A stretch of DNA of 64,000 bases from Tubulanus polymorphus (lineage: Eukaryota > Animalia > Nemertea): positions 4,686,914 to 4,750,913 of the forward strand of contig NC_134034.1 in NCBI RefSeq assembly GCF_964204645.1, given 5' to 3'. The notes below the pieces were generated by a model, which was not told where the DNA came from, ran no database searches, and worked only from the letters and a program-made list of their open reading frames with translations. Of the stretch, positions 10,262-20,731 are shown piece after piece. Position 1 is the stretch's first letter, and the number at the start of each line of letters is the position of its first letter. A program made the position numbers and the translations under genes.

Positions 10262-10870
10262 ATGTCAAAGAAATCTAATAAGAATAGTATTGATATTGAA
10301 AAGACATTAGATGATTTGGGCATTAGTGATAATAAGGATATTCCGGCCAAAATTGAAAATAATATTCAAGTTAATTGTAATATAGATTATGAATACTATT
10401 TATATTGTAAGCATCATCTTGAACTATTGATTGCTGGAGGGAAATCTAAGGATTTCTTGGGAAAAATAATAACTTTTCAAGAATTAGATGCTATGAAACC
10501 AGATAAAGTAATAAAATATTTTAAGATTTATGAAGAGGCAAGATTAGCTAAAATAAATGATTCTATTTCGAATGGTATTGTCAAATGTTATTCTAAGTTA
10601 TGTAACCAGTTAATACCAATTGATGATGAAAATAAATTATATAGTGATTTGAAAAATGACTCCTTAGTTATGACTGAATTACAAAAATGGGTTGGTTATG
10701 CTTCATTTCAATTAGGATCGGTTATGACATTAATTTCTACTGGTGTCATAACATTTTCGAACATCAAGCCTATGGAATATAAATCAGGTAAGAACGAAAC
10801 AGATGTACTACAACCAAACGTCGAAACAGAAAATGAATCAGAACAAAAATTAACTAAAATAAATGAGTGA
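10262..10870 (+). CDS. Conserved Polinton hypothetical protein, 202 aa (B)
   Basis: Intact ORF with TAAATG start; orthologs in A and C; hydrophobic C-terminal segment. Confidence 0.8.
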   Translation: MSKKSNKNSIDIEKTLDDLGISDNKDIPAKIENNIQVNCNIDYEYYLYCKHHLELLIAGGKSKDFLGKIITFQELDAMKPDKVIKYFKIYEEARLAKINDSISNGIVKCYSKLCNQLIPIDDENKLYSDLKNDSLVMTELQKWVGYASFQLGSVMTLISTGVITFSNIKPMEYKSGKNETDVLQPNVETENESEQKLTKINE

Positions 10871-11261
10871 TGGAGTTAAGAAAAAGGCTAGATCCGAGAA
10901 ACAAATTAAATGGGCAAGAGAATTAGGTAAAAGATCTTCAGAATTAAAAAAAGCTAAGAAAAAGAAATTAACTGATATAAATGAATCACAGAAATTATCT
11001 GATATTGATTCAAATAATAATCCATCTAATTCTTCTAATAGTGGAAGAAATAATTACTTATATATTACAATTGGGTTAATCACAATTATTATATTATCCG
11101 GTGTAATATATAAATATAAGTATAAATCTGATTATAACAATAATGATTCCAATGACAATCGGAAACTTAGTTATCCGTGTACAGACAGTAAACCTATCAT
11201 ACCAAATAAGTCAAATGATAAAGTCATTGAAAATAAACCAAGATTAATATTAATGGATTAA
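10863..11261 (+). CDS. Small basic single-pass membrane protein (B)
   Basis: Basic N-terminus RSEKQIKWARELG, then TM segment YLYITIGLITIIILSGVIY. Confidence 0.75.
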   Translation: MSDGVKKKARSEKQIKWARELGKRSSELKKAKKKKLTDINESQKLSDIDSNNNPSNSSNSGRNNYLYITIGLITIIILSGVIYKYKYKSDYNNNDSNDNRKLSYPCTDSKPIIPNKSNDKVIENKPRLILMD

Positions 11262-11267
11262 AATAAG

Positions 11268-12365
11268 ATGAAAAAACAACAATATTTAAGAGATTTATAT
11301 TACAACCCAGAGAGTGAAGTATCATATTCTAACGTTTCAGAATTATGGAATAAAATTAAATCTGATAATGGTGATATAAAATATAGTGAATTAAAATCAT
11401 GGTTACAAAATCAACCAACATATCAAATCCACAAGAAAATGGATAAAACTTATTTAACAAGAAAAGTTATGGTTTCATATATCGATCAACAATGGCAAGC
11501 AGATTTAATTGACATGAAGAACTTAGAAGAATACAACAAAGGATATTTCTGGATATTAAATGTTATAGACATATTCAGTAGATACGCATGGTCAATTCCA
11601 ATCAAAAATAAAACTGGAATAGAAGTGACAAATGCTTTTAAATCTATATTTAAAGAAGCAATTCCAGATAAGATACAATTCGATGAAGGTAAGGAATTTT
11701 ATAACAAACATTTCAAAAAACTATTATCTGATAACGATGTAGATTATTTTTCAACACATTCAGATAAAAAAGGATCTATTATAGAAAGATTTAATAAAAC
11801 ATTGAAAACTAGAATGTGGAAATACTTTACTGCTAATGAAACATGTAAATATATCGATGAGTCTATAAATATATTAGATGATTTAGTGAAAGGTTATAAT
11901 AATTCTAAACATAGTTCTATAAATATGAAACCTATACAAGCTAGAAAAGAAGATAATTCGGAAATAGTTTGGAATAATTTATATGGAGCGTTTGTTACAC
12001 ACGATTTCGGTGAACCTAGATTCAAAATTAGACAACACGTAAGAATATCTAAATATAGAAAAACATTTTATAAAGGTTATACCCCCAATTTTACAGAAGA
12101 AATATTCAAGATTAAAAAGATAATATTAACTAAACCATTTGTTTATAAATTAGAAGATCTAAAACATGAAGAAATATTAGGTTATTTCTATGAACAAGAA
12201 TTATCACTTGTACCAAATCCAGATGAAATAGAATACAAAATAGAAAAAGTATTGAAAACAAAAACTCTTAAAGGGAAAAAGTATTCTTTGGTGAAATATA
12301 AAGGATACGATGATAAATTTAATGAATGGATTTTATCTAGTAAAATTAAAAGAATAAATGAATAA
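11268..12365 (+). CDS. Retroviral-type (rve) integrase with C-terminal chromodomain (B)
   Basis: DDE triad in WQADLIDM / IQFDEGKEF / IIERFNKTLK; chromodomain YKIEKVL..YSLVKYKGYDDKFNEWI. Confidence 0.93.
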   Translation: MKKQQYLRDLYYNPESEVSYSNVSELWNKIKSDNGDIKYSELKSWLQNQPTYQIHKKMDKTYLTRKVMVSYIDQQWQADLIDMKNLEEYNKGYFWILNVIDIFSRYAWSIPIKNKTGIEVTNAFKSIFKEAIPDKIQFDEGKEFYNKHFKKLLSDNDVDYFSTHSDKKGSIIERFNKTLKTRMWKYFTANETCKYIDESINILDDLVKGYNNSKHSSINMKPIQARKEDNSEIVWNNLYGAFVTHDFGEPRFKIRQHVRISKYRKTFYKGYTPNFTEEIFKIKKIILTKPFVYKLEDLKHEEILGYFYEQELSLVPNPDEIEYKIEKVLKTKTLKGKKYSLVKYKGYDDKFNEWILSSKIKRINE

Positions 12366-12969
12366 AGATTTATTTATATTTGAACCACATAATATGTTAA
12401 TAACTGGAGTAACCAATTGTGGTAAAACACATTTCATATTAGACTTGTTAGAAACTATTTATAAGAATCATTTTGGTAATATAATATTATTCTGTCCTAC
12501 TTATGAAATGAATAAAACATATAATAGAGATATAGTTAAGATGAAAAAGTTTATTATATTAAATCCTAAAACAGTAAAAGAAAATTTAGATAATTGTATA
12601 AAAATAGCAATTTATACTTATAAAGGATCAAATACATTATTCATTATAGATGATTGCGCAAATTTACATGATTCAAAAGTTAGAGAAAGTGAGTTATGTT
12701 ATTTAGCTTTCTCTGGGAGACATTTCGGGATAACAACTTGGGTTTTAAATCAAAAATATAATTCAATTGTTAAAGACTTTAGAGAAAACATTAGATTTCT
12801 AGTATTATTTTATAACAAAGATAAAAAATCTATGCAACAATCATTGGAAGAAAATCAAATTATACCTACTGAATTACATGATGAATATATGAATAAATTA
12901 AAGAATAATAAAGGTTCAAAATTATTACTGAGACTACAATTTCCCTACGAATATAAATTTATAAAATAA
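12358..12969 (+). CDS. A32/FtsK-like packaging ATPase (B)
   Basis: Walker A GVTNCGKT, Walker B FIIDD, GRH and Q motifs. Confidence 0.9.
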   Translation: MNKDLFIFEPHNMLITGVTNCGKTHFILDLLETIYKNHFGNIILFCPTYEMNKTYNRDIVKMKKFIILNPKTVKENLDNCIKIAIYTYKGSNTLFIIDDCANLHDSKVRESELCYLAFSGRHFGITTWVLNQKYNSIVKDFRENIRFLVLFYNKDKKSMQQSLEENQIIPTELHDEYMNKLKNNKGSKLLLRLQFPYEYKFIK

Positions 12970-12984
12970 CTATTTCTATACCTA

Positions 12985-13075
12985 TGTATTAGATACCCTA
13001 ATACCTGATACCCTAATACCTGATACCCTATTAGATACCCTAATACCTGATACCCTATTAGATACCTTAAATACT
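12985..13075. repeat. Short tandem repeats (GATACCCTAATACCT-like) between convergent gene blocks (B)
   Basis: gataccct(a) unit repeated 5-6 times. Confidence 0.8.
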
Positions 13076-13125
13076 TAAAACCCCCTTTTTTAATTACTAT
13101 TATTTTATACAATTTTCAACCTTTA

Positions 13126-13978
13126 TTACTTTTTGAGTGTTAGATAATCAATTTCTGAATCACTTTCACTATCAGACCCTAACAATTTATTCAAATTCTC
13201 TACCGTATCTTCTTCTAATTCTTTATTATTTTTATACTTATTCTTCGTCCTTTTTACCGAATCATCAATAGTTGTTTCATTGTTATGCTTATTCATACAA
13301 TCAAATTTATCATTATTATCAATGCGCTTTCCTGTATTTTCATTATTATCTTTATTAGTGTTTGCTCCTAATATTTCATTTACAGTGTTTGATCCTAATA
13401 TTTCATTAACATCGGTTAAATCTAATTCATCTTTATTAGGTGTTGCTAATAAAAAATCTTCATATAATTCTTTACCATTTACTTTTTTATTTGAAACAAA
13501 TTTTTTTAACATATCTAAATGGGTGTTCTATAAATTCTCTTAAACCAACACGTTCTATAACATTAGTAATATGTGAATTTGTATTCATATGTTTATTCCA
13601 ATTTGATGGAGCGTTTGAAAATTCACCTTTACAATAATCACATTAATTTCTATTTTTACTAACATTTAATATTATTTCATTATTATATGTAGAAGGTATT
13701 ACATTATTAGATGTAGTAGGTATTACATTATTAGATGTAGTAGGTATTACTGTAGTAGGTATTACTGTAGAAGGTATTACATTATTATCAATTACATTAC
13801 TTAAATTATCAACAACTTCACTTTTATTATTATCGATTTCTATTAGTTTAGTTTTATAAATTTTGAAAATAGGATCAAATATCAAAGCTATATTACAAGG
13901 TATTACATAATATAAACCATCATTATTTTCATGTGTATCGATGTATGGAATATGTTTATATACTTTACCTCCTTCCAT
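13126..13978 (-). pseudogene. Variable Zn-finger protein with NVIPSTS repeats, frameshifted (B)
   Basis: Fragments 13643..13978 and 13126..13512 match the intact 30137..31027. Confidence 0.8.
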
Positions 13979-14010
13979 TTATTATATATATTTTTATTAA
14001 AATTAAAATT

Positions 14011-15072
14011 TTAATACATAACACTATCTAATTGTGAATTTACAATATTCAATTGTGCGTCAGATATAATATAAATATGCATTTTAAGATTTTTTAAATG
14101 TTTTCTAATTTCTGGCCATTGATCAATCATTCTCATTCCTTGACAAAATATTTTATTTGCTATTCCTTCGATAGTTATTTCTACTTTTGTTATTTCAGGA
14201 TTATAATAATTATCAACATTTATTGCACCATTAGTATATGTTGCAATGGTAAAAAATATTAATATACCTTTAATAGATCTTCTTGGGAAGTTAATATTCT
14301 CATTAATTATTTCATCATTTGCATTAATAGTTACGGTTTTAAATTTATCAATATAATCATATGATAATGAAAATCCTTGATTGTATTGAGTTTGAATTAT
14401 ACTTGAAATATTTTCATCAGTTACTCTATCATATTCTAAACATATATTCGATAATTTATAACTCATATCTTTAACAACGCTAGATAATACAATTTCATTT
14501 ACAGGAGCAAATGTTATTTCGAATATAACGTCTTCTTGAATTGCGTATTTATATAAAGGTGCATTATTATTTATCAATTCAAAGTCTAATGGAATTTTAT
14601 ATTTGCTTCCATAAATCTTTTTTATCAAATTATCTGCGGTGCGAGTTACTATTGCGTCATTAGCTCCTCATCTTAATTTATTATGGTTTTCTGATTGAAT
14701 ACCCTGAAATATCATATTATTTCTATTTTCTTTAGTTAACCATAAATCTTTATAATGCATAAATAAATTATAATCATCTAATGAGAAAACTGTTTCTGGT
14801 ACAATCTTTATAGTTAATTTTTTAATCAAATATCTCCCAACATTATCGACAACATAATTATTATCATGACCAATTACTTTTATATCGGCCGATAAATAAA
14901 TACTATTTGGAACATAAAAAGTATTTTGTGTTAATCGAGGGATTCTAACGTATAAAGTTTCATCGGGATTAATATTAGAAGGGTTATGAGTAATTATATG
15001 ATGTGATCTTTCTGCTTTAATAGCATTAGATATTCTATGATTCTTAGAAGGATTGATATAACTCCCACTCAT
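14011..15072 (-). pseudogene. Major capsid protein (B), frameshift plus internal deletion
   Basis: Two fragments match the 415-aa ORFs at 31060 and 49132; ~60 aa missing near the C-terminus. Confidence 0.85.
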
Positions 15073-15090
15073 TTATTTAACAAAAAAATT
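15070..15090 (-). promoter_or_regulatory. Representative T-run-N6-TAAATG motif (MCP of B); recurs before most structural genes
   Basis: Minus strand TTTTTTT-GTTAAA-TAAATG; same geometry before starts at 18109, 18560, 19006, 19242, 19584 and 52203. Confidence 0.7.
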
Positions 15091-15138
15091 AATTATTTAT
15101 TTTTAATCATGGTTACTTGATATTTTTTGATATCATGT

Positions 15139-16716
15139 TTACTTGATATCTTTTGATATCATATTTACTAACCCAAAAATAATAGCACTTACAACTGTAA
15201 TTAAAAATAAAATAATATGTTCAGCAGCAAAGTTAATAATGTTTCCTGCAGATTTCAATATAAAACCAACAATTGATGCAATAATTCCTGGTAAAGCTGC
15301 AGCAGATTTTTTAGATAGTTCCCATAAATATTTTGCTAATTTCTTTAAACCATCCTTAACTTTATATTGTATAGAATTATTACCTGGGGGTTTATCTGGT
15401 TTATTGGGAGTAGGAGTAGGAGTAGATTTCAAAGCATTTGATATAGCTAAACCAATTGTTGTAAATAACATAGTTACAGCTGTTAGAAATGAAAGAATTG
15501 TTATTCCTTCTAATTTAAATAATAATCTTATTCTATCTTTCAATGATATTTTAGAATCTGGTTTTATCAACAAATCTTTAAAAACAACTTTTAATTTTTT
15601 AATATGATTGAGATCATATGATTTTAATAATGTATCTCTTTCTTTTTCCTGTAATTCTTTGTTATATTTTAAATCATCTATTTCTTTTTCTAAAGCTAAC
15701 TTTCTGCTTTCATAATCAGCTTCTTCGATTAATTGAAGATCTCTATTTAATTCTAATTGTTTTAATTCTTCATTTGCATTAATTAATTCTTTTTCTAACA
15801 TGGTTATTTTAGAAAATCTCATCTTAATATTAGCAATTTCACCAGCTGATTCTTGCATACCTTTAATTTCTCTACGTGTTTTTTCAGGAAATGCTTCTAA
15901 TTCATCATCAGTTAAATCAAGTAATCCTTTTTCTAGTAAAGATTGTATTCGATTTATTCCAGCACTATTCATCTCTTCTTCTGAATCTCTTAATCTATCA
16001 ATTTGTTTTTCTAATACTAATTGTAATTGACTTGAATCATTATCAATTTGTTGAATATCTCTTCTCGATGTTTCGGGTGTTGAAGATCTTAATTTACCTA
16101 ATCGATCTCCATACTCGTCCATTTCTGTTTCTGAATTTTTATTGATTATTTTTAATAAGTCATCAATTCTCTGACTAAATACTCTTATATTATCATCTCT
16201 TTCTTCTTGTGTAACATCAGTTATTTTATTACTAATACTTATTCTCTTAATTCTAGATGTTTCTAAATTTCTCAAAGTTGATTCCGCTAATATTTTATTT
16301 AGTCTTGTCTTTTGATTAGTGATATCAATATAATAATCATCTTTCAAACGATAATAATATTCACCATCTAAAAACTTTAACTCTTGTACTAAAAGTCTGG
16401 CGCCTCTATCATTTATATTATATCCAGAATCTTTAAATACACGTTGAAAATCATACATAAATTCATAATTTTCAAAATTTTCTCTTTCTAAACCTGGATT
16501 TAAATTTTCAGGAGGTATTCTCGATCTAGTTCTTCTATCAAATTCATCTGTTGATGGGGCTTTAGAACCACTATCTGCTAAATTAGAATTATATGCTGAT
16601 TCATCATCATTATCAATATTAGTTTCATTAAAATCAGGTTGTGGTTCATCATCAATATATCCTTCATTATTATTTCCCATGTCATCCAATGGAATATCTT
16701 CTCCACCTTCTGCCAT
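15139..16716 (-). CDS. Acidic/coiled-coil protein with C-terminal hydrophobic helices, putative membrane-active virion protein (B)
   Basis: LFKLEGITILSFLTAVTMLFTTIGLAI..SAAALPGIIASIVGFIL..; adjacent to MCP in all copies. Confidence 0.75.
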   Translation of the reverse strand: MAEGGEDIPLDDMGNNNEGYIDDEPQPDFNETNIDNDDESAYNSNLADSGSKAPSTDEFDRRTRSRIPPENLNPGLERENFENYEFMYDFQRVFKDSGYNINDRGARLLVQELKFLDGEYYYRLKDDYYIDITNQKTRLNKILAESTLRNLETSRIKRISISNKITDVTQEERDDNIRVFSQRIDDLLKIINKNSETEMDEYGDRLGKLRSSTPETSRRDIQQIDNDSSQLQLVLEKQIDRLRDSEEEMNSAGINRIQSLLEKGLLDLTDDELEAFPEKTRREIKGMQESAGEIANIKMRFSKITMLEKELINANEELKQLELNRDLQLIEEADYESRKLALEKEIDDLKYNKELQEKERDTLLKSYDLNHIKKLKVVFKDLLIKPDSKISLKDRIRLLFKLEGITILSFLTAVTMLFTTIGLAISNALKSTPTPTPNKPDKPPGNNSIQYKVKDGLKKLAKYLWELSKKSAAALPGIIASIVGFILKSAGNIINFAAEHIILFLITVVSAIIFGLVNMISKDIK

Positions 16717-16732
16717 TTACATAATACAAAAA

Positions 16733-18109
16733 TTAAAATTTAAAATATAATATTCCTCCGATTACAATTCCTATACAAGTTATAGCTAATTTAGTATTTT
16801 CATGGGATTTATTATCATCATTTAGTTTAATTATATCATGTTGAATATTATCTTCTGATGTATTGTAATCTTTTATTTTAGAATCATTATTTAATTTAAT
16901 ATTATTAGTTTTAGTTTCAGTTGATTGAATGTGTTTTTTATTTTTTTCGCCTTCCATTAATTTTGGAACAGTAATAATCTTTTTATTTATATCATTCAAT
17001 CCAAATGAATTATTTATTGTTGCAGTTTTAATTAGATTATTATAACCAATTATGTTTCCCATCTTTAATACTAAATCATTAGAAATAATTAATAGATTAG
17101 GGCCTATACAATAATTAAGCCTTACATGAGATTTATCTAAATAATTTTGATATCTTATAATGTTTTCTGGAATCGATCTATTTTTATCATTATGTATGGA
17201 ATCTTCAAATGAAACTTTAAATTGTTTCTCTGTATCAAATGATGTATTCAAATTTCCAATTATTGGGGATCTTGTTTCAATCTGTGATCCTAGAATACAT
17301 ATTAAATAAGTTCTAATAGATTGATTTATTCTTTGTATACCTGATTTAGTAAAACCTTCACTATTTTCTAAAATAAAATAAACCCAACCATTATTGTTTT
17401 CTTGTTTTAAATTATCATAAAATTTCGGTAATTTATCGAAATTTAATGTTTCTAAATCCTTTGTTTCTATTTTACCATAACCTAATTTATTATTATAGAT
17501 ATTATAAAAACTATTAGATGGTATGGGAAGTGCACAATATTCTGCAATCTTTTTAGGGCAAGGAAGTGATCTTATTGTTCCAATTTTTATTCTAAAATCA
17601 GAATTATTTATATCTATATTAAATTCATTACAAATTTTATTAAACTTTGATAAATTAATATTATTATCTAATTCTTTAAAATACCTAGATCCTGGTAAAG
17701 CGCACTCTAATTCATTCAATATTATTCTGATTTGAAAGTATGTATGAAATCTAAATAAACTTTGAATTAATTTATATTTAGAATTATTCAAATGATCATT
17801 CCAACTAATTCCACATCCTGTTGTTGCACAATAAACAGCAAAATTTAATTGGTTCTGCCAATACTTCATATTAGATTTTAATAACCATTGTTTGTCATCT
17901 TTCAATTTTTTAAAATTGATTAAATATACATGAAATATATTTTCCATCTTTGCATTAAAATTATTAGTTTCAGTAACATAAATTTCTAAATTAGTTAATG
18001 AATCTAAAACTTCATTTCTATATGTAATATCTTTATTAAAATCTATTGTTGGAATATTATATTTAATTGATTTATTATATTGGAAAGCTTTTGGAAAACT
18101 ATCTGCCAT
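16733..18109 (-). CDS. Conserved 458-aa Polinton protein with C-terminal TM anchor (B)
   Basis: QLNFAVYCATTGCGIS, FRFH.YFQIR, RINQSI motifs; ends LAITCIGIVIGGILYFKF. Confidence 0.8.
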   Translation of the reverse strand: MADSFPKAFQYNKSIKYNIPTIDFNKDITYRNEVLDSLTNLEIYVTETNNFNAKMENIFHVYLINFKKLKDDKQWLLKSNMKYWQNQLNFAVYCATTGCGISWNDHLNNSKYKLIQSLFRFHTYFQIRIILNELECALPGSRYFKELDNNINLSKFNKICNEFNIDINNSDFRIKIGTIRSLPCPKKIAEYCALPIPSNSFYNIYNNKLGYGKIETKDLETLNFDKLPKFYDNLKQENNNGWVYFILENSEGFTKSGIQRINQSIRTYLICILGSQIETRSPIIGNLNTSFDTEKQFKVSFEDSIHNDKNRSIPENIIRYQNYLDKSHVRLNYCIGPNLLIISNDLVLKMGNIIGYNNLIKTATINNSFGLNDINKKIITVPKLMEGEKNKKHIQSTETKTNNIKLNNDSKIKDYNTSEDNIQHDIIKLNDDNKSHENTKLAITCIGIVIGGILYFKF

Positions 18110-18125
18110 TTATATAATTAAAAAA

Positions 18126-18560
18126 TTAATAATTTATTAATTCTTTTAATAATTTATCTTGTTCTTCAACTATTATATGACCATTTAAACTCATGATATA
18201 ATCTAGTGTGTTCTTTAATTTATTAATTTCTTTTATATTAGTTTTAATTTTTTCTTTATTACTTTTTATATTTAATTTTGAACTAATACCGGTTAAAACA
18301 CTTGAACTTAATCCTAACACACCAATTGATATAGCTAACGGTGTTAATGGGCTGAATATTGCTAAAAATGTTATTACAGAACTAATTGTAACCGAACCAC
18401 TTATAATCAAATAATATATAATTTTACTTTTTAGATATTTTTTCTTTTTAACTTTTAAGTCACTTTCAAATTCTAATATTTGTTTTTCTAAATATATTTT
18501 TAATTTAGTTTTATTTATATCATGAGGAATAATATCAATACTATCAACTTTATCTTCCAT
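18126..18560 (-). CDS. Two-TM protein, 144 aa (B)
   Basis: Two hydrophobic helices; near-identical ortholog at 53626. Confidence 0.8.
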   Translation of the reverse strand: MEDKVDSIDIIPHDINKTKLKIYLEKQILEFESDLKVKKKKYLKSKIIYYLIISGSVTISSVITFLAIFSPLTPLAISIGVLGLSSSVLTGISSKLNIKSNKEKIKTNIKEINKLKNTLDYIMSLNGHIIVEEQDKLLKELINY

Positions 18561-18583
18561 TTATTTAGCAAAAAAAAAAAATA

Positions 18584-19006
18584 CTAATTAGTAAACTTAT
18601 AAGCAACAAATATAACAATAACAGTTCCACCTAAAATCCATATTATTTCATATTTCTTCTGTTCATTACTTGGGGTATAATAATCTGATAATTTAGGATT
18701 GTATAGATGTAATTTTTCTTTATTGGTTACCGCGTTATATAAACTCATTGCATCATCAACTGATTGAAAATCTCTATGTGAAATCTTCTGATTATATAAT
18801 TCTTTATTGATGTAATCCATATAGTTTTGTCTCTTTTCTCTATATTCTTCTGCAGCTTTATTGTATTTCTCTAACGCTAAGTTATGTCTTCTTTGTTCTC
18901 CTAATGAACTATTTTTATCAATATGTTTAAATAAATATCCACCACCAGTAAATGCTAAAGCGTTAACAATTGCCGATCCTATAATAGTTATAATTGCAGA
19001 AGCCAT
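18584..19006 (-). CDS. Membrane protein, 140 aa (B)
   Basis: Hydrophobic N-terminus (IVNALAFTGGGYLF) and C-terminal TM; present in all copies. Confidence 0.8.
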   Translation of the reverse strand: MASAIITIIGSAIVNALAFTGGGYLFKHIDKNSSLGEQRRHNLALEKYNKAAEEYREKRQNYMDYINKELYNQKISHRDFQSVDDAMSLYNAVTNKEKLHLYNPKLSDYYTPSNEQKKYEIIWILGGTVIVIFVAYKFTN

Positions 19007-19031
19007 TTATTTAGCAAAAAAAATTATGCAT

Positions 19032-19242
19032 TTATATGGGAGGAATATATTTTTGTTTTTCCAAATAATCAATAGTTAAATTAGATAAAGTAACTGCTAA
19101 TGTTAATTTTAAAATATCATTTATATAAAATCTATCAACATTAACACTTCCCATTTTAAATACTTTTTTTAATACCATTGAATAACCAACAGTTCCAACT
19201 GATAGTAATGCGCCATTATATAATCCACTTATTATCACTCAT
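19032..19242 (-). pseudogene. 73-aa hydrophobic protein with a small 5' deletion (B)
   Basis: Matches 54527..54748; TAAATG start at 19242 is out of frame. Confidence 0.7.
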
Positions 19243-19584
19243 TTATTTATCAAAAAAATTACTATCATCAAAATATTTAGTTATCTTAGTGATGATTAAT
19301 TCAACATTTATTTCATTACTACTTTGATGATTATCATATATTTTGGATAATATGTTTTTGATATCATCAATAATTCCATCTTCATTTAATTCATAATATT
19401 CTAAAGGTGATTTAATTAAATCAATTACTTTTTCTATATTATAATTTTCTTTATTAATCATTGATGCATTGTTAAATGATTTACTTTTTATATCAGTAAT
19501 TACATCATTTAATTTAATTCTCATTTCTTTACCATGTTTGAAATCAAACCCAAAACATATACTCGGTCCAACAGTTATATTCAT
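19243..19584 (-). CDS. Hypothetical protein, 113 aa (B)
   Basis: Orthologs at 36237 and 54749; TAAATG start. Confidence 0.75.
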   Translation of the reverse strand: MNITVGPSICFGFDFKHGKEMRIKLNDVITDIKSKSFNNASMINKENYNIEKVIDLIKSPLEYYELNEDGIIDDIKNILSKIYDNHQSSNEINVELIITKITKYFDDSNFFDK

Positions 19585-20360
19585 TTATATAGTGAAAAAA
19601 AAATACTCTCTACATCTTACAACTAATTCATAAATTACAGGGAAATTATTTAAATCAATAAAGTATCCATTATGATTTCTAATTTCTAATCTAAAATTAT
19701 TCAAACGAGGAATGCATGGTTTGAAATCACATTCTGTTAAATTATAATTTATTTGCGTTCTAAATTCTTTAACATTCTTCAATGGTAAAATGTTTAGTAA
19801 ACCAGAATTACAAGTTATATCTTTAGTTGCTTCGAATGTTTTTGTAGGATCGATTAAATTGCAATAAATAAAAAAATGTGTAAAAGGTATTAAGTTTGGC
19901 GTAGCATCAATATTTGTAAAAGATTTATCTGGAGGAATTTCTAACAGTTTAGCTATAGGTTTTTTACCATAAATGCATGTTTTTCACTATCAGACAACCT
20001 TATCTTTATTTTGTCAGTACTCTCACTTTTTAAAAATCTAATATTAAACCCGGAATTATTACCTGACTTGTGCCAGGCTTTTCTATTAATTTCTTGTGCC
20101 AATGTATCTAAATTATACAACCCCGGTTTTAAATATATATAGGCCCATTCATTTTTATTTTTATTAAAAATTAAAAAAGCTCTATGTTCAATAGTTTTAT
20201 TCGATATGTTGTAAAAAGAATTACATAAACTTATATTAACTAATTTTAAATCTACACAATTCTTAAATTCTCTATCTAATTGTACTAGTAAATTATGAGA
20301 TTTATAATTTGTAAGTCTTCTAGAATCTACAAATATTCTGTATTCTTTTAATTCCGCCAT
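19585..20360 (-). pseudogene. Minor capsid (penton-like) protein, frame break in an A-run (B)
   Basis: LVNISLCNSFYNIS, LKPGLYNL, FIYCNLID, L.IRNHNG..IDLNNFPV motifs. Confidence 0.7.
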
Positions 20361-20377
20361 TTATTTTACATATTTTC

Positions 20378-20731
20378 TCATTCGAAATCTATTTCATGGT
20401 GCCCCTTTTCATTCTTACCTTTGTATACGAAATAGAAATCTCCAGAACATAATTCTTCTAAATCTTCACTTGATAATCTATGAAATCTATCAGGTAAATA
20501 TGTTCTGAATTTATATGTATTTCCTTTTAATCCTTCATATTCTAAGTGTATAACTAATTTATCTCCATAGTTATTAGTAACTGTATCAATATTTGTAATT
20601 AGATATTTCTTATGGATTGTTAATTCTGTTAACTTTTTGAATTTATAATCTACAGATTTTACATTTGTAGTATCTTTTATTCTATCTAGAAATAATTTGT
20701 TGTTCTCACTGTGTGCTTGTTTACTCTCCAT
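20378..20731 (-). CDS. Small protein downstream of pPolB, possibly OB-fold ssDNA-binding (B)
   Basis: KKLTEL...KKYLIT...YGDKLVIHL...YLPDRF beta-rich pattern; function inferred. Confidence 0.55.
   Translation of the reverse strand: MESKQAHSENNKLFLDRIKDTTNVKSVDYKFKKLTELTIHKKYLITNIDTVTNNYGDKLVIHLEYEGLKGNTYKFRTYLPDRFHRLSSEDLEELCSGDFYFVYKGKNEKGHHEIDFE

Noticed and set aside
15143-16145. Plus-strand ORFs recurring in copies (also 32272..32790, 50420..52054, 18208..18414, 53708..53914)
   Set aside because: Antisense shadows of conserved minus-strand genes; variable starts and no TAAATG motif
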